Shown: piece by piece, positions 56,322-64,000 of the stretch
Position numbering within the stretch: the first letter of the stretch is position 1
Layout: each line of letters opens with the position of its first letter
Assembly: GCA_030603665.1 (NCBI GenBank)
Contig: JAUVXJ010000013.1
Location: forward strand, 23,910 to 87,909
Source: Chloroflexota bacterium
GTDB taxonomy: Bacteria > Chloroflexota > Anaerolineae > UBA7937 > B3-Chlor
DNA: 64,000 nt
Direction of reading: 5' to 3'
Notes under the pieces: generated by a model
What the model saw: only the letters and a program-made list of their open reading frames with translations
Told to the model about the DNA's origin: nothing
The model's database searches: none
Position numbers and translations under genes: made by a program

Positions 56322-58799
56322 CTACTCGCGCAACTTGGCTCCCAGTTCCTTGCTCAATCGCTTGACAATCTTGGAGTGCACCTTCGCCACCTGCTTGTCG
56401 GTCAGGGTGCGTTCCTCGTGTCTATATGTTAGCGAATAGGCCAGGCTCTTCTTGCCAGCCGGTATCGGATCGCCTCGGTACACATCGAACAGAGTCACGC
56501 CCACAAGGAGTCGGCCGCCTGCCTTCCGGATGAGGTCCTCCATCCGCTGGGCGGAGACCCCCTCGTCGACGACCAGGGACATGTCCTGACTGACGGACGG
56601 GAAGCGCGGTAGAGGCTGGAGATGGCGGATCGGCTCCACTTGAGCCAGCAACTCCTCCAGGTCCAGCTCCAGCAGGCAGACAGGTTGCTCAGGAAGATCG
56701 AACCCATCCCGCACCGTGGCATCCACCTCTCCCATCACGCCGATCTCCGTCTCACCCAACCGCAGGACCGCCGCACCCCCGGCGTGGAAGGTTGGATGCT
56801 CCAGCCGAACGAAGCTCGATTCAGGAAGAACCAGGTGGTCCAGCAAGGTCTCCACCACCCCTTTGAGGGCGAAGAAGTCCACGTGCTCCTGATTCTGACC
56901 CATCCAAGAGCGCTCCTGCCAGAGCCCGGTCATCGCTATGCAGAGTCTCCGCGGCTCCTTCGGCAGCTCCTCCCCAGGATCAGGCAGGTACACCCGCCCG
57001 ATCTCGAACAGCGCCACTCGATCCGTGTAGCGAAGGTTGTCGCGCACCGCCTCCAGAAGACTCGCCAGCAGAGTGCGGCGCATGAACTCACGCTCAGTGG
57101 TCAGTGGATTGGCGATTCGCACATAATCCGCCGGGTCCGGCTCAGGCTGCCCCGGAGTAAGCTTGCCGAAGGTCTCCAGATTCCCTAGGGAGTAAGTGAT
57201 CGCTTCGGTAAGCCCGCAACCGACCAAGATGTCACGAACCCTCTCCTCCCCCTCCAGCGAGAAGTCGCGCTCCTGGGGCGGCAGCTCGTCCGTCATCAAG
57301 GTCGTGGGCAGCCTGTCGTAGCCCCAAACGCGAGCCACGTCCTCAATCAAGTCCGCGGCCACGGTCACGTCCAGCCGATAGTAGGGTACAGTGGCACGAA
57401 TGGTCCCTTCTACGACCTGGCAGTCGAACTCCAACGACTCCAGGATGTTCACGATCTGCTCTGTCTCCAGGTCGACGCCAAGGATACGCTCCACTTCTGC
57501 TGCGGTCAGCTCAATCCCCTTGCCCTCCGGCCTTAGCGGGTAGGCATCCCCGTGCCCCTCCTCCATCGTACCGCCAGCCAGCTCTTCCATCATTCTGGCG
57601 GAGCGCTGCACGGCGATCATCGACAGGTCGGGCGGCACTCCACGGCCAAAGCGCGCAGAGGCCTCGCTGGGCAACTTCAAGGCCTGGGAGGTCTTGCGTA
57701 TGCTGATGTTGTTGAAGTTCGCCGACTCGATGAGGATGTTGGTGGTTGCCTCGGTGATCTCGCTTTGCAGACCGCCCATCACTCCGGCCACCGCCACCGG
57801 CCCGCCACCGTCGGTGATGAGTAGCATGTCCTCGGTGAGAGCGTGGTGCTCCCCATCCAGCGTGGTCATTGTCTCGCCGGGACGCGCCCTGCGGATGACG
57901 ATCAGCGGCACGCTGGACGGTGGAGTCTTTCCGTCGCGGCCTCTCAAGAGGTCGTAGTCGAAGGCATGCAACGGCTGACCCCATTCCAGCATCACGTAGT
58001 TGGTCACGTCCACGGTGTTGCTGATGGGCCTCATGCCGGCGAGAGTCAATCGCCGCTGCATCCAAGAAGGCGATGGGCCGCTGCTCAGACCTCTCACCAG
58101 CGCAGTTGTGTACCGTGGGCACAGATCTGGATCAGCGATCTCTATCTCCACCCAGGGAATAGACTCAGACCCCACCACGCTCGCCAACTCCGGCCACTCT
58201 CCCAGCCTGCACTCCTGCCCCGTCAGGGCGGCCACCTCGCGGGCCACACCGACCATGGAGAAGCAGCGGGCCAGATTGGGCGTCAGGTCCAGGTCTAGCA
58301 CCACATCACCCATGTAGTCGCGCAACGGCATGCCCGTCGGCGCGTCATCGTCCAGAATCATGATGCCTTCATGATCTTCGGAGATGCCCAACTCCTTCTC
58401 GGAGCAGACCATGCCCTCCGATGGCACTCCCCGGATCTTCGTCGGCTTTAGAGTGATGTACTTCAGTTCCTCGGAATAGCCATCAATGAGACGTGCCCCC
58501 GTCGTCGCGAATGGAACCTTCACCCCCTTGTCTCCGACTCGGATGTTCGGCGCGCCGGTGACAACGGCCATGGGCTCGCCGGCGCCGTACTCGACCACCG
58601 CGATCGTCAGCCGGTCGGCGTTGGGATGAGGTCCTACCTCCAGTATCTCGCCTACGAACATCTTGTCCCGATCCCACTCGGCACCGACATGCTCGATCGC
58701 TCCTACTTCCAACCCGGCCATGGTCAAACGCTCGGCGAGTTCCTCGAGCGGTATAGTTATCTCAACGTAATCCTTCAGCCAGCTGATGGGTACCCTCAT
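56322..58799 (-). CDS. pheT: Phenylalanine--tRNA ligase beta subunit
   Basis: The N-terminal tRNA-binding domain is MRVPISWLKDYV.... The B3/4 and FDX-ACB regions are present. It lies immediately downstream of pheS. Confidence 0.9.
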   Translation of the reverse strand: MRVPISWLKDYVEITIPLEELAERLTMAGLEVGAIEHVGAEWDRDKMFVGEILEVGPHPNADRLTIAVVEYGAGEPMAVVTGAPNIRVGDKGVKVPFATTGARLIDGYSEELKYITLKPTKIRGVPSEGMVCSEKELGISEDHEGIMILDDDAPTGMPLRDYMGDVVLDLDLTPNLARCFSMVGVAREVAALTGQECRLGEWPELASVVGSESIPWVEIEIADPDLCPRYTTALVRGLSSGPSPSWMQRRLTLAGMRPISNTVDVTNYVMLEWGQPLHAFDYDLLRGRDGKTPPSSVPLIVIRRARPGETMTTLDGEHHALTEDMLLITDGGGPVAVAGVMGGLQSEITEATTNILIESANFNNISIRKTSQALKLPSEASARFGRGVPPDLSMIAVQRSARMMEELAGGTMEEGHGDAYPLRPEGKGIELTAAEVERILGVDLETEQIVNILESLEFDCQVVEGTIRATVPYYRLDVTVAADLIEDVARVWGYDRLPTTLMTDELPPQERDFSLEGEERVRDILVGCGLTEAITYSLGNLETFGKLTPGQPEPDPADYVRIANPLTTEREFMRRTLLASLLEAVRDNLRYTDRVALFEIGRVYLPDPGEELPKEPRRLCIAMTGLWQERSWMGQNQEHVDFFALKGVVETLLDHLVLPESSFVRLEHPTFHAGGAAVLRLGETEIGVMGEVDATVRDGFDLPEQPVCLLELDLEELLAQVEPIRHLQPLPRFPSVSQDMSLVVDEGVSAQRMEDLIRKAGGRLLVGVTLFDVYRGDPIPAGKKSLAYSLTYRHEERTLTDKQVAKVHSKIVKRLSKELGAKLRE

Positions 58800-58859
58800 G
58801 ATGGTTTCCTCCTGTTGATGGCTCCTCTGCCAGGTAGTCCGCGCACCCCCTCGTGGCAA

Positions 58860-59897
58860 CTACCCAAACTGCCGTGCAAAGCGCAGATCGTTGCTATAGA
58901 AGAGCCGGATGTCGTCGATGCTGTACTTGATCATGGCGATTCGTTCGGGTCCCATCCCGAATGCGTAGCCGCTATAGACGTCCGGATCATAACCGCCGTT
59001 CCTCAGCACCTGCGGATGCACCATTCCTGCACCGGAGATCTCGACCCACCCGGTGTGTTTGCACACCCGGCATCCCTCGCCTGCACAGATGATGCAATCC
59101 ATGTCCACCTCCACGCTGGGCTCAGTGAAGGGGAAGTGGCTGCAGCGGAATCGCACCTTGCGGTCCGCGCCAAACATCTGGCGGGCGAAATCGACCATCG
59201 TCCCTTTCAGATCGGCCAAGGTGATCCGTTTCCCAACCGCCAACCCCTCAACCTGGTAGAACATGAACTCAGAGCGGGCAGTGACCGCCTCATATCTGTA
59301 GCACTTACCAGGGAGGATGACCCTTATGGGATCTGGACAGTGTTTCCTCATGCTGCGAATCTGACCGGGAGAGGTATGGGTTCGGAGCACCACCTTCGGA
59401 TTCACGTAGAACGTGTCCCACATGTCCCTGGCAGGATGATGAGGAGGCATGTTGAGCAACTCGAAATTGAGCAAGTCGCTCTCCACCTCGGGCCACTCCT
59501 CTACCTGGAAACCCATGCGTGCGAAGATGGCGTATATCTCCCTCAGGGTTTGAGTCGTAATGTGCAGCCGACCCACGTTGACCGGTCTGCCTGGCAGCGT
59601 AATGTCCAGGGCCTCAGCCGGGCCTGCGGCCGCTCGGCTCAGTTCCTCGTGGCGGGCATCATAGGACTCAGCCAGCAACTCCTTGAGTTCGTTGGCGGCC
59701 TGACCGAAGGCAGGCCGGTCCTCAGGAGGAAGCTCCCCCACACCTCGGAGCAGCTGGGCCACCGCTCCCTTCCGTCCGAGGTACTTGACTCGCCAATCAG
59801 CCAGCTGGTCCAGACTGGACGTTGCCTGCAAGGCCTCTCGGGCCTCCTCTCCAAGCTTGTCTAGCTTCCCCGACATCGCACTCACTCCTTGTTTCAT
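58860..59897 (-). CDS. pheS: Phenylalanine--tRNA ligase alpha subunit
   Basis: It has class II aaRS motifs (FRCSHFPFTEPS, GAGMVHPQVL) and a coiled-coil N-terminus. Confidence 0.9.
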   Translation of the reverse strand: MKQGVSAMSGKLDKLGEEAREALQATSSLDQLADWRVKYLGRKGAVAQLLRGVGELPPEDRPAFGQAANELKELLAESYDARHEELSRAAAGPAEALDITLPGRPVNVGRLHITTQTLREIYAIFARMGFQVEEWPEVESDLLNFELLNMPPHHPARDMWDTFYVNPKVVLRTHTSPGQIRSMRKHCPDPIRVILPGKCYRYEAVTARSEFMFYQVEGLAVGKRITLADLKGTMVDFARQMFGADRKVRFRCSHFPFTEPSVEVDMDCIICAGEGCRVCKHTGWVEISGAGMVHPQVLRNGGYDPDVYSGYAFGMGPERIAMIKYSIDDIRLFYSNDLRFARQFG

Positions 59898-59933
59898 AAG
59901 AAAGAAGCCCCCTTCAGGTCACCTAAAGAGGGC
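59898..59933 (-). terminator. Hairpin plus U-tract immediately upstream of pheS (candidate attenuator/terminator)
   Basis: On the minus strand, GCCCUCUUUAGGUGACCUGAAGGGGGC is followed by UUCUUUCUU. The pheS RBS AAGGAG follows. Confidence 0.3.
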
Positions 59934-60767
59934 TACGTGTGTCAACAGACAATCGACGGATTCATCCGTACGGTACGGGTAGACGGGTGCCCTCTATGGC
60001 ACTAGCAAAGGTGAACATCTGGAGTTCCCCGCGAGCCACCATCGTTGTCTACCTCAGCCGCTCACTCATGCCACATTATAGCACAAAGCCATCCGCTTGG
60101 CAAGGGCACGAACGCAGCTTGTGCGGCTACCCATGCTACGAACACCGCTGGTATTGATCCGTTTGAAACTGCTGCCGCATCGACCTGAAAACCCCAGAGT
60201 GGTCCCACCTGTTGGCGGGTTCGCGCCACTCCTCACCTGCTGCATTCATGGCTCTGCGAACGAACTCGCGATTGCCTAGGTCCGTCAACTGCACTATAAT
60301 CCTTGTGTGTCTTCGTGATATGGAATAGGCAGCACCGGCCGAGGACGACGGTCGCTCGTTCGGCGAGAGCAGAGCCCGGTGGAGTGGGTGGCGCGGCTGT
60401 GGGACCCTCACATCCGGAGATAGCTCCGACCAGGACCATGTGTGGGCATTCTCAGGTCCTTGAAGCAGGCAGGGCTTGCGTGATCTTCCTCCACAGGAGG
60501 ACAAACACTTGCACGGTGGCCTCTGGACACTTCCTTGCGCAGACCGCGGAGCCAACATGACTTCAACCACGCTCCGCCGGACTCCAGCCTGCCGAAAGCG
60601 CGCATTCGTCCCCCACCGCATTCCCTCCTTGATCCTATCTAGCGTAGGCGGAGCACTGTCGGAGGCTCCTTACAGACGAGATGCGGACACCGGCGAGGCA
60701 ATCCAGGCCGGCCTGGAGATCCTCTCGCCTGTGATCTGCAATACTACACACGGAGGTGAAACGCTCT

Positions 60768-61682
60768 ATGAAAGTTCAGTACCGCCCGGCAGATGACGGG
60801 GACCTCCACCCAGCCCACACGGCCTTGGTGGACTCCCTCAACCAGTTCGCGGCCCAGAGAGCCATGCCGCTGGTCGAACTCGACTTCGAGGAGAACCTCC
60901 CACTGTGGCGGCATCTTCTCGGCGCCGGAGGCAAGGGCTTCCTGGTAGCAGAGGTGAAGAAGAACATCGCTGGCTTCTGCTGCTACATCGTGAGAGATGG
61001 CCTCTGGTTTCTCTCCTACCTGGCTGTGGCACCAGAGTTCCAGGGCACAGGCATCGGCAGGGAACTCTTCGACAGAGCACTCTCTGAGGCCCAAGGCAAC
61101 CAGACGGCCAAGGTGGTAGCAGCGTACACCAACGCCTCCAATTGGCCCTCTATTTCCCTGTACACTCGCAACGGTATCTACCCCCGCATGCCCGTCCTCA
61201 AGCTAGAGGGCAGCATCACCAATCTGTGTGAGCCCCCAGAGCCAGTCGATCCCATGCCAGGGGAGGTGGCGTCCCTCGACGAGGAGACGATAGCTCTTAT
61301 CGACGACATAGACCTCGAAATCAGACACTTCAAGCGAGATATCGATCACCGCTTTTGGCTGGGCGCTCGCAGCATGCGGTGCTACCTCTTCAAGAAGAAC
61401 GGCGGTACGACCGGGTACGCCTACGTGGCCGACGACGGCACCATCGGACCCCTGGCCGCCTTGAGCACAGACGATATCGCCGCCATGCTCTGCTTCTGTC
61501 TAGACCGCCTCTCCTCCCAGGGCGTGGACATGTTCGCCGTGCATGTGCCTGGTGAAAACAGGGCGGCTCTCTCACTGCTCTACGACAGAGGGTTCAAGAT
61601 ACAGGACCTCAGCTTAGTGATGTCCTCACTCCCATTCTGCAAGTGGGAGAACTACGTCATCTCCAGACCCTCTCTGCTGTAG
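60768..61682 (+). CDS. GNAT-family acetyltransferase (two-domain)
   Basis: It has the motif LAVAPEFQGTGIGRELF plus a second GNAT-like half. Confidence 0.6.
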   Translation: MKVQYRPADDGDLHPAHTALVDSLNQFAAQRAMPLVELDFEENLPLWRHLLGAGGKGFLVAEVKKNIAGFCCYIVRDGLWFLSYLAVAPEFQGTGIGRELFDRALSEAQGNQTAKVVAAYTNASNWPSISLYTRNGIYPRMPVLKLEGSITNLCEPPEPVDPMPGEVASLDEETIALIDDIDLEIRHFKRDIDHRFWLGARSMRCYLFKKNGGTTGYAYVADDGTIGPLAALSTDDIAAMLCFCLDRLSSQGVDMFAVHVPGENRAALSLLYDRGFKIQDLSLVMSSLPFCKWENYVISRPSLL

Positions 61683-61718
61683 GACGGCGGTAGGGTTCGA
61701 CAAGCGGAGCCATAGCCT

Positions 61719-62504
61719 ATGTCTCAGAGAAGTAAGTTGCTCGTCGTGGATGACGAGCCAGGCGTGCGTACCTCCCTCGAGGGCATCCTGGAGCAGGAAG
61801 GACATCAGGTGACTACGGCAGCCAGCGGGGAAGAGGCGCTGGCTGCCATGGACAGGGACGTCTTCGATCTGATCCTGGTAGATCTCAAGATGCCGGGTAT
61901 GGATGGCCTGGAGGTGATGGCCGCGGCCAAGGGCATAATGCCCGACACCGTGGTCATCATACTGACCGCATATGGCACCGTCGACTCGGCGATAGACGCG
62001 CTACGCCAAGGGGCGCACGACTACCTCCTCAAGCCCTGCAGTGTCCAGGAAATCGTCGGCAGTGTGGAGATGGGGCTGGCGAAGCACCGGCAAACCCTGC
62101 GCCGTCGCGAACTGGTGAGCAGCATCGAACAGAGCGTGCGCCAGTTGGAGGCCTCGACCGTAGCGCCTAAACAACAAGAAGAAGAACCGTCCCTCCCTCG
62201 CTTCGTCAGAACGAGGCTTCTCCTTCTGGACCGAGAGAAGCAGATCGTGGTTGCCAAAGGCGAGCCCTTGAGCCTGACCCCCACAGAGTTCAGGCTGCTC
62301 GCCTGCCTCATGGACAACATGAACCGTACGCTTAGTTACAAAGGGCTGGCCCGCGCGGTGCTCCACTATGAGTGTTCGGACCTGGAGGCTCGACGCGCGC
62401 TCAAGACCCACCTCTGGCGGCTGCGCAAGAAACTGAGATCCGCAGCCGGAGATGACTCCTGGATCGTCAACACACGAGGCAAAGGGTATATGTTCAAGCC
62501 ATAG
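61719..62504 (+). CDS. OmpR/PhoB-family response regulator
   Basis: A REC domain (DDEPGV...D...DLKMPGMDG...K) is followed by a winged-helix trans_reg_C (LSLTPTEFRLLACLM...RGKGYMF). Confidence 0.8.
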   Translation: MSQRSKLLVVDDEPGVRTSLEGILEQEGHQVTTAASGEEALAAMDRDVFDLILVDLKMPGMDGLEVMAAAKGIMPDTVVIILTAYGTVDSAIDALRQGAHDYLLKPCSVQEIVGSVEMGLAKHRQTLRRRELVSSIEQSVRQLEASTVAPKQQEEEPSLPRFVRTRLLLLDREKQIVVAKGEPLSLTPTEFRLLACLMDNMNRTLSYKGLARAVLHYECSDLEARRALKTHLWRLRKKLRSAAGDDSWIVNTRGKGYMFKP

Positions 62505-62618
62505 GAGAGGTCACTGAATCGGAACTGAATCGTGACCATTCTGGAACTGATGCGCCCCGGGGCGTGTGGTATACTGAAAGCAGACCCGGTATCTGCGCAA
62601 CTAGGGAATGTATGAGAG

Positions 62619-63665
62619 ATGGCTGTGAACAAGCGTGTTCTTATCGTTGATGACGAAGAGAAGGTGGTCTTCTTCCTGCGCGAGAGCCTGGAGGAGTTGG
62701 GGCAGGACTGCACCATAGGCACCGCCAGGTCAGCCGAAGAGGCACTGGAGAAGATCGATACCCATCCATACGACCTGGTCATCAGTGACCTCCGTATGCC
62801 CGGGCTCGACGGACTACAGTTGCTGGAGAGGGTCAAGGAGAAGCACCCCAACACCCGTTTCATCCTGATGACGGCTTATGGCTCCGACGAGGTGGAGACG
62901 CAGGCCCACAGTCTCCAGGTGTACGACTACATCACCAAGCCATTCCACGTATCAGATCTCCTCAGGGTCGCCCGCCACGCGCTTACGGAGATGGCTGCCG
63001 ACGCGGACAACGATGCCGCTCTCCCTGATGAGCAGATGGAGGCCATCAACAGGCCCTTGAGCAACCTGCGCTTCGAAGTGAGTGCCCAGTGTGTGGTTCT
63101 GGCCGATATGAAAGGGCAGGTCGTGTCGGAGGTGGGAATAACACAGGGTCTGGAGACAGGCACCCTCATACCCCTCGTCGCTGATGGACTGACCACCGTC
63201 TCAGGAATGGCCCAGTATCTTCAGGATGAAGAGACATTCAACCTCAACGTCTACGAGGGGAAGAAGTACGACATCTATTCCACCGGCGTCAGCGACAAAC
63301 TCTTCCTGACCCTCGTTTTCGATAGAAGGAAACAACCCAGCCGCATAGGCATGGTCTGGCTATACGTCAAGCGCACCATAGAGGAGCTACTGCGGACGCT
63401 ATACGGGGAGGAGCCCGAAGACGTAGATAGCCAGCTAGAATCCGCGGAGGAAAGCTCTCCCTCGGAGATCGTGCCAGAAAGCCCAGAGGTTGACGTAGAG
63501 GCAGAACCAACGATCTCAGCCATGACCCAGCTGGACGAGACGGTACACGAAAACGAAGTCATCGCTGACTCAGACGACAACGACTCGACCTTCGGTGTGG
63601 AGGAAGCACTCAGGAAGGGGCTGATCGATGAGGACTTCGCTCAGTTGCTGAAGCGAGAGGGCTGA
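62619..63665 (+). CDS. Response-regulator receiver protein with a C-terminal roadblock/LC7-like domain and an acidic tail
   Basis: It has REC motifs (VDDEEKV, DLRMPGLDG, TAYG). The following CVVLADMKGQVVSEVG is roadblock-like. Confidence 0.5.
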   Translation: MAVNKRVLIVDDEEKVVFFLRESLEELGQDCTIGTARSAEEALEKIDTHPYDLVISDLRMPGLDGLQLLERVKEKHPNTRFILMTAYGSDEVETQAHSLQVYDYITKPFHVSDLLRVARHALTEMAADADNDAALPDEQMEAINRPLSNLRFEVSAQCVVLADMKGQVVSEVGITQGLETGTLIPLVADGLTTVSGMAQYLQDEETFNLNVYEGKKYDIYSTGVSDKLFLTLVFDRRKQPSRIGMVWLYVKRTIEELLRTLYGEEPEDVDSQLESAEESSPSEIVPESPEVDVEAEPTISAMTQLDETVHENEVIADSDDNDSTFGVEEALRKGLIDEDFAQLLKREG

Positions 63666-63919
63666 GGAAGGCTACAGGGAATCGAGCCGCGCATAGTGGG
63701 CCACCGCGATGGAATGGTGGCCCTTTCCTGTGTTGACTCAAAGTCTCGACCCCTGCCTGAGACGAGTCGAGATCTGCTCAGCTACTGCTCAGCCCCTCTC
63801 TTGCCGCCTCTGTGGCCGATTCACACTCCGCGAGGGATGCCCGCCCCACAGCAAGTGTGTTATACTGTATGCAACTATCGAGACACGCACCGTGCACCAG
63901 GACTGTGGAGGATGATGGT

Positions 63920-64000
63920 ATGGGAGAGATCCGTGTGTCCACCAAGAGCCGTACAGAGCTCGTTGACATCACCAGCCAGGTACAGGACGCGGTGAGGGAG
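63920..64000 (+). CDS. YjbQ (UPF0047) family protein, 5' fragment that continues beyond the window
   Basis: MGEIRVSTKSRTELVDITSQVQDAVRE matches the YjbQ N-terminus. Confidence 0.45.
   Translation, partial: MGEIRVSTKSRTELVDITSQVQDAVRE

Noticed and set aside
60372-60390. An agtgggtggcgcgg stretch that resembles the T-box consensus AGGGTGGNACCGCG.
   Set aside because: It lies on the plus strand, whereas pheS is on the minus strand. It lacks the central NACC, and no specifier or antiterminator context was seen.
1-64000. tRNA, rRNA or tmRNA genes in the intergenic gaps.
   Set aside because: I scanned the larger gaps for GGTTCGAATCC-like T-loop and acceptor patterns and found none. A tRNAscan or Infernal run would be definitive.

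Overview
This is a high-GC window (about 60-65% across most of it), most likely from a bacterium with Chloroflexota-like or Actinobacteria-like coding style. This guess rests partly on the PEP-CTERM protein and the corrinoid methyltransferase genes. Three short stretches have lower GC: 1-520, 1686-2840 and parts of 11700-12400.

The left third (1-15.3 kb) is an accessory region. Two nearly identical direct copies of a 5'-truncated comM/yifB-like AAA+ ATPase gene (556-1685 and 14126-15263) flank it. Both copies are under evident purifying selection. Between them lie:
- a Panacea-domain (antitoxin-like) gene at the window edge;
- an orphan RelE/ParE-like toxin;
- a secreted SBBP beta-propeller protein;
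- a three-gene minus-strand operon that ends in a signal-peptide-bearing (exported) TPR-CHAT caspase-like protease;
- a three-gene module containing a HicB-like domain.

No integrase, transposase, CRISPR array, rRNA or tRNA was found anywhere in the window.

The rest is mostly core-like, with several notable clusters:
- a PEP-CTERM protein, a lipoprotein, a Yip1 membrane protein, a geranylgeranyl reductase and a SAM methyltransferase;
- a DNA-repair cluster (MrfA helicase, MrfB exonuclease, GNAT, AlkD-like alkylation repair protein), followed by a DUF1801 gene carrying an in-frame TAA stop;
- a PLP-dependent decarboxylase;
- a LOG-family protein immediately followed by an ATP-cone domain fused to a Mrr-like PD-(D/E)xK nuclease;
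- an M29 aminopeptidase;
- a corrinoid-dependent methyltransferase island. It holds two B12-binding corrinoid proteins, an MtbA/MtaA-like uroporphyrinogen-decarboxylase-family methyltransferase, a pyrrolysine-free MtmB-like methyltransferase with an MFS permease, and a homocysteine S-methyltransferase;
- a pentapeptide-repeat protein, a DUF72 protein, zinc-ribbon proteins and a nitrilase;
- an FAD-oxidoreductase remnant with a clean in-frame internal deletion;
- a flavodoxin, an ABC-2 exporter pair, a GT-C-like membrane protein, pheS-pheT, GNAT proteins and two adjacent response regulators.

Many long minus- and plus-strand ORFs in the supplied track are GC-driven shadow ORFs opposite real genes; I ignored them.
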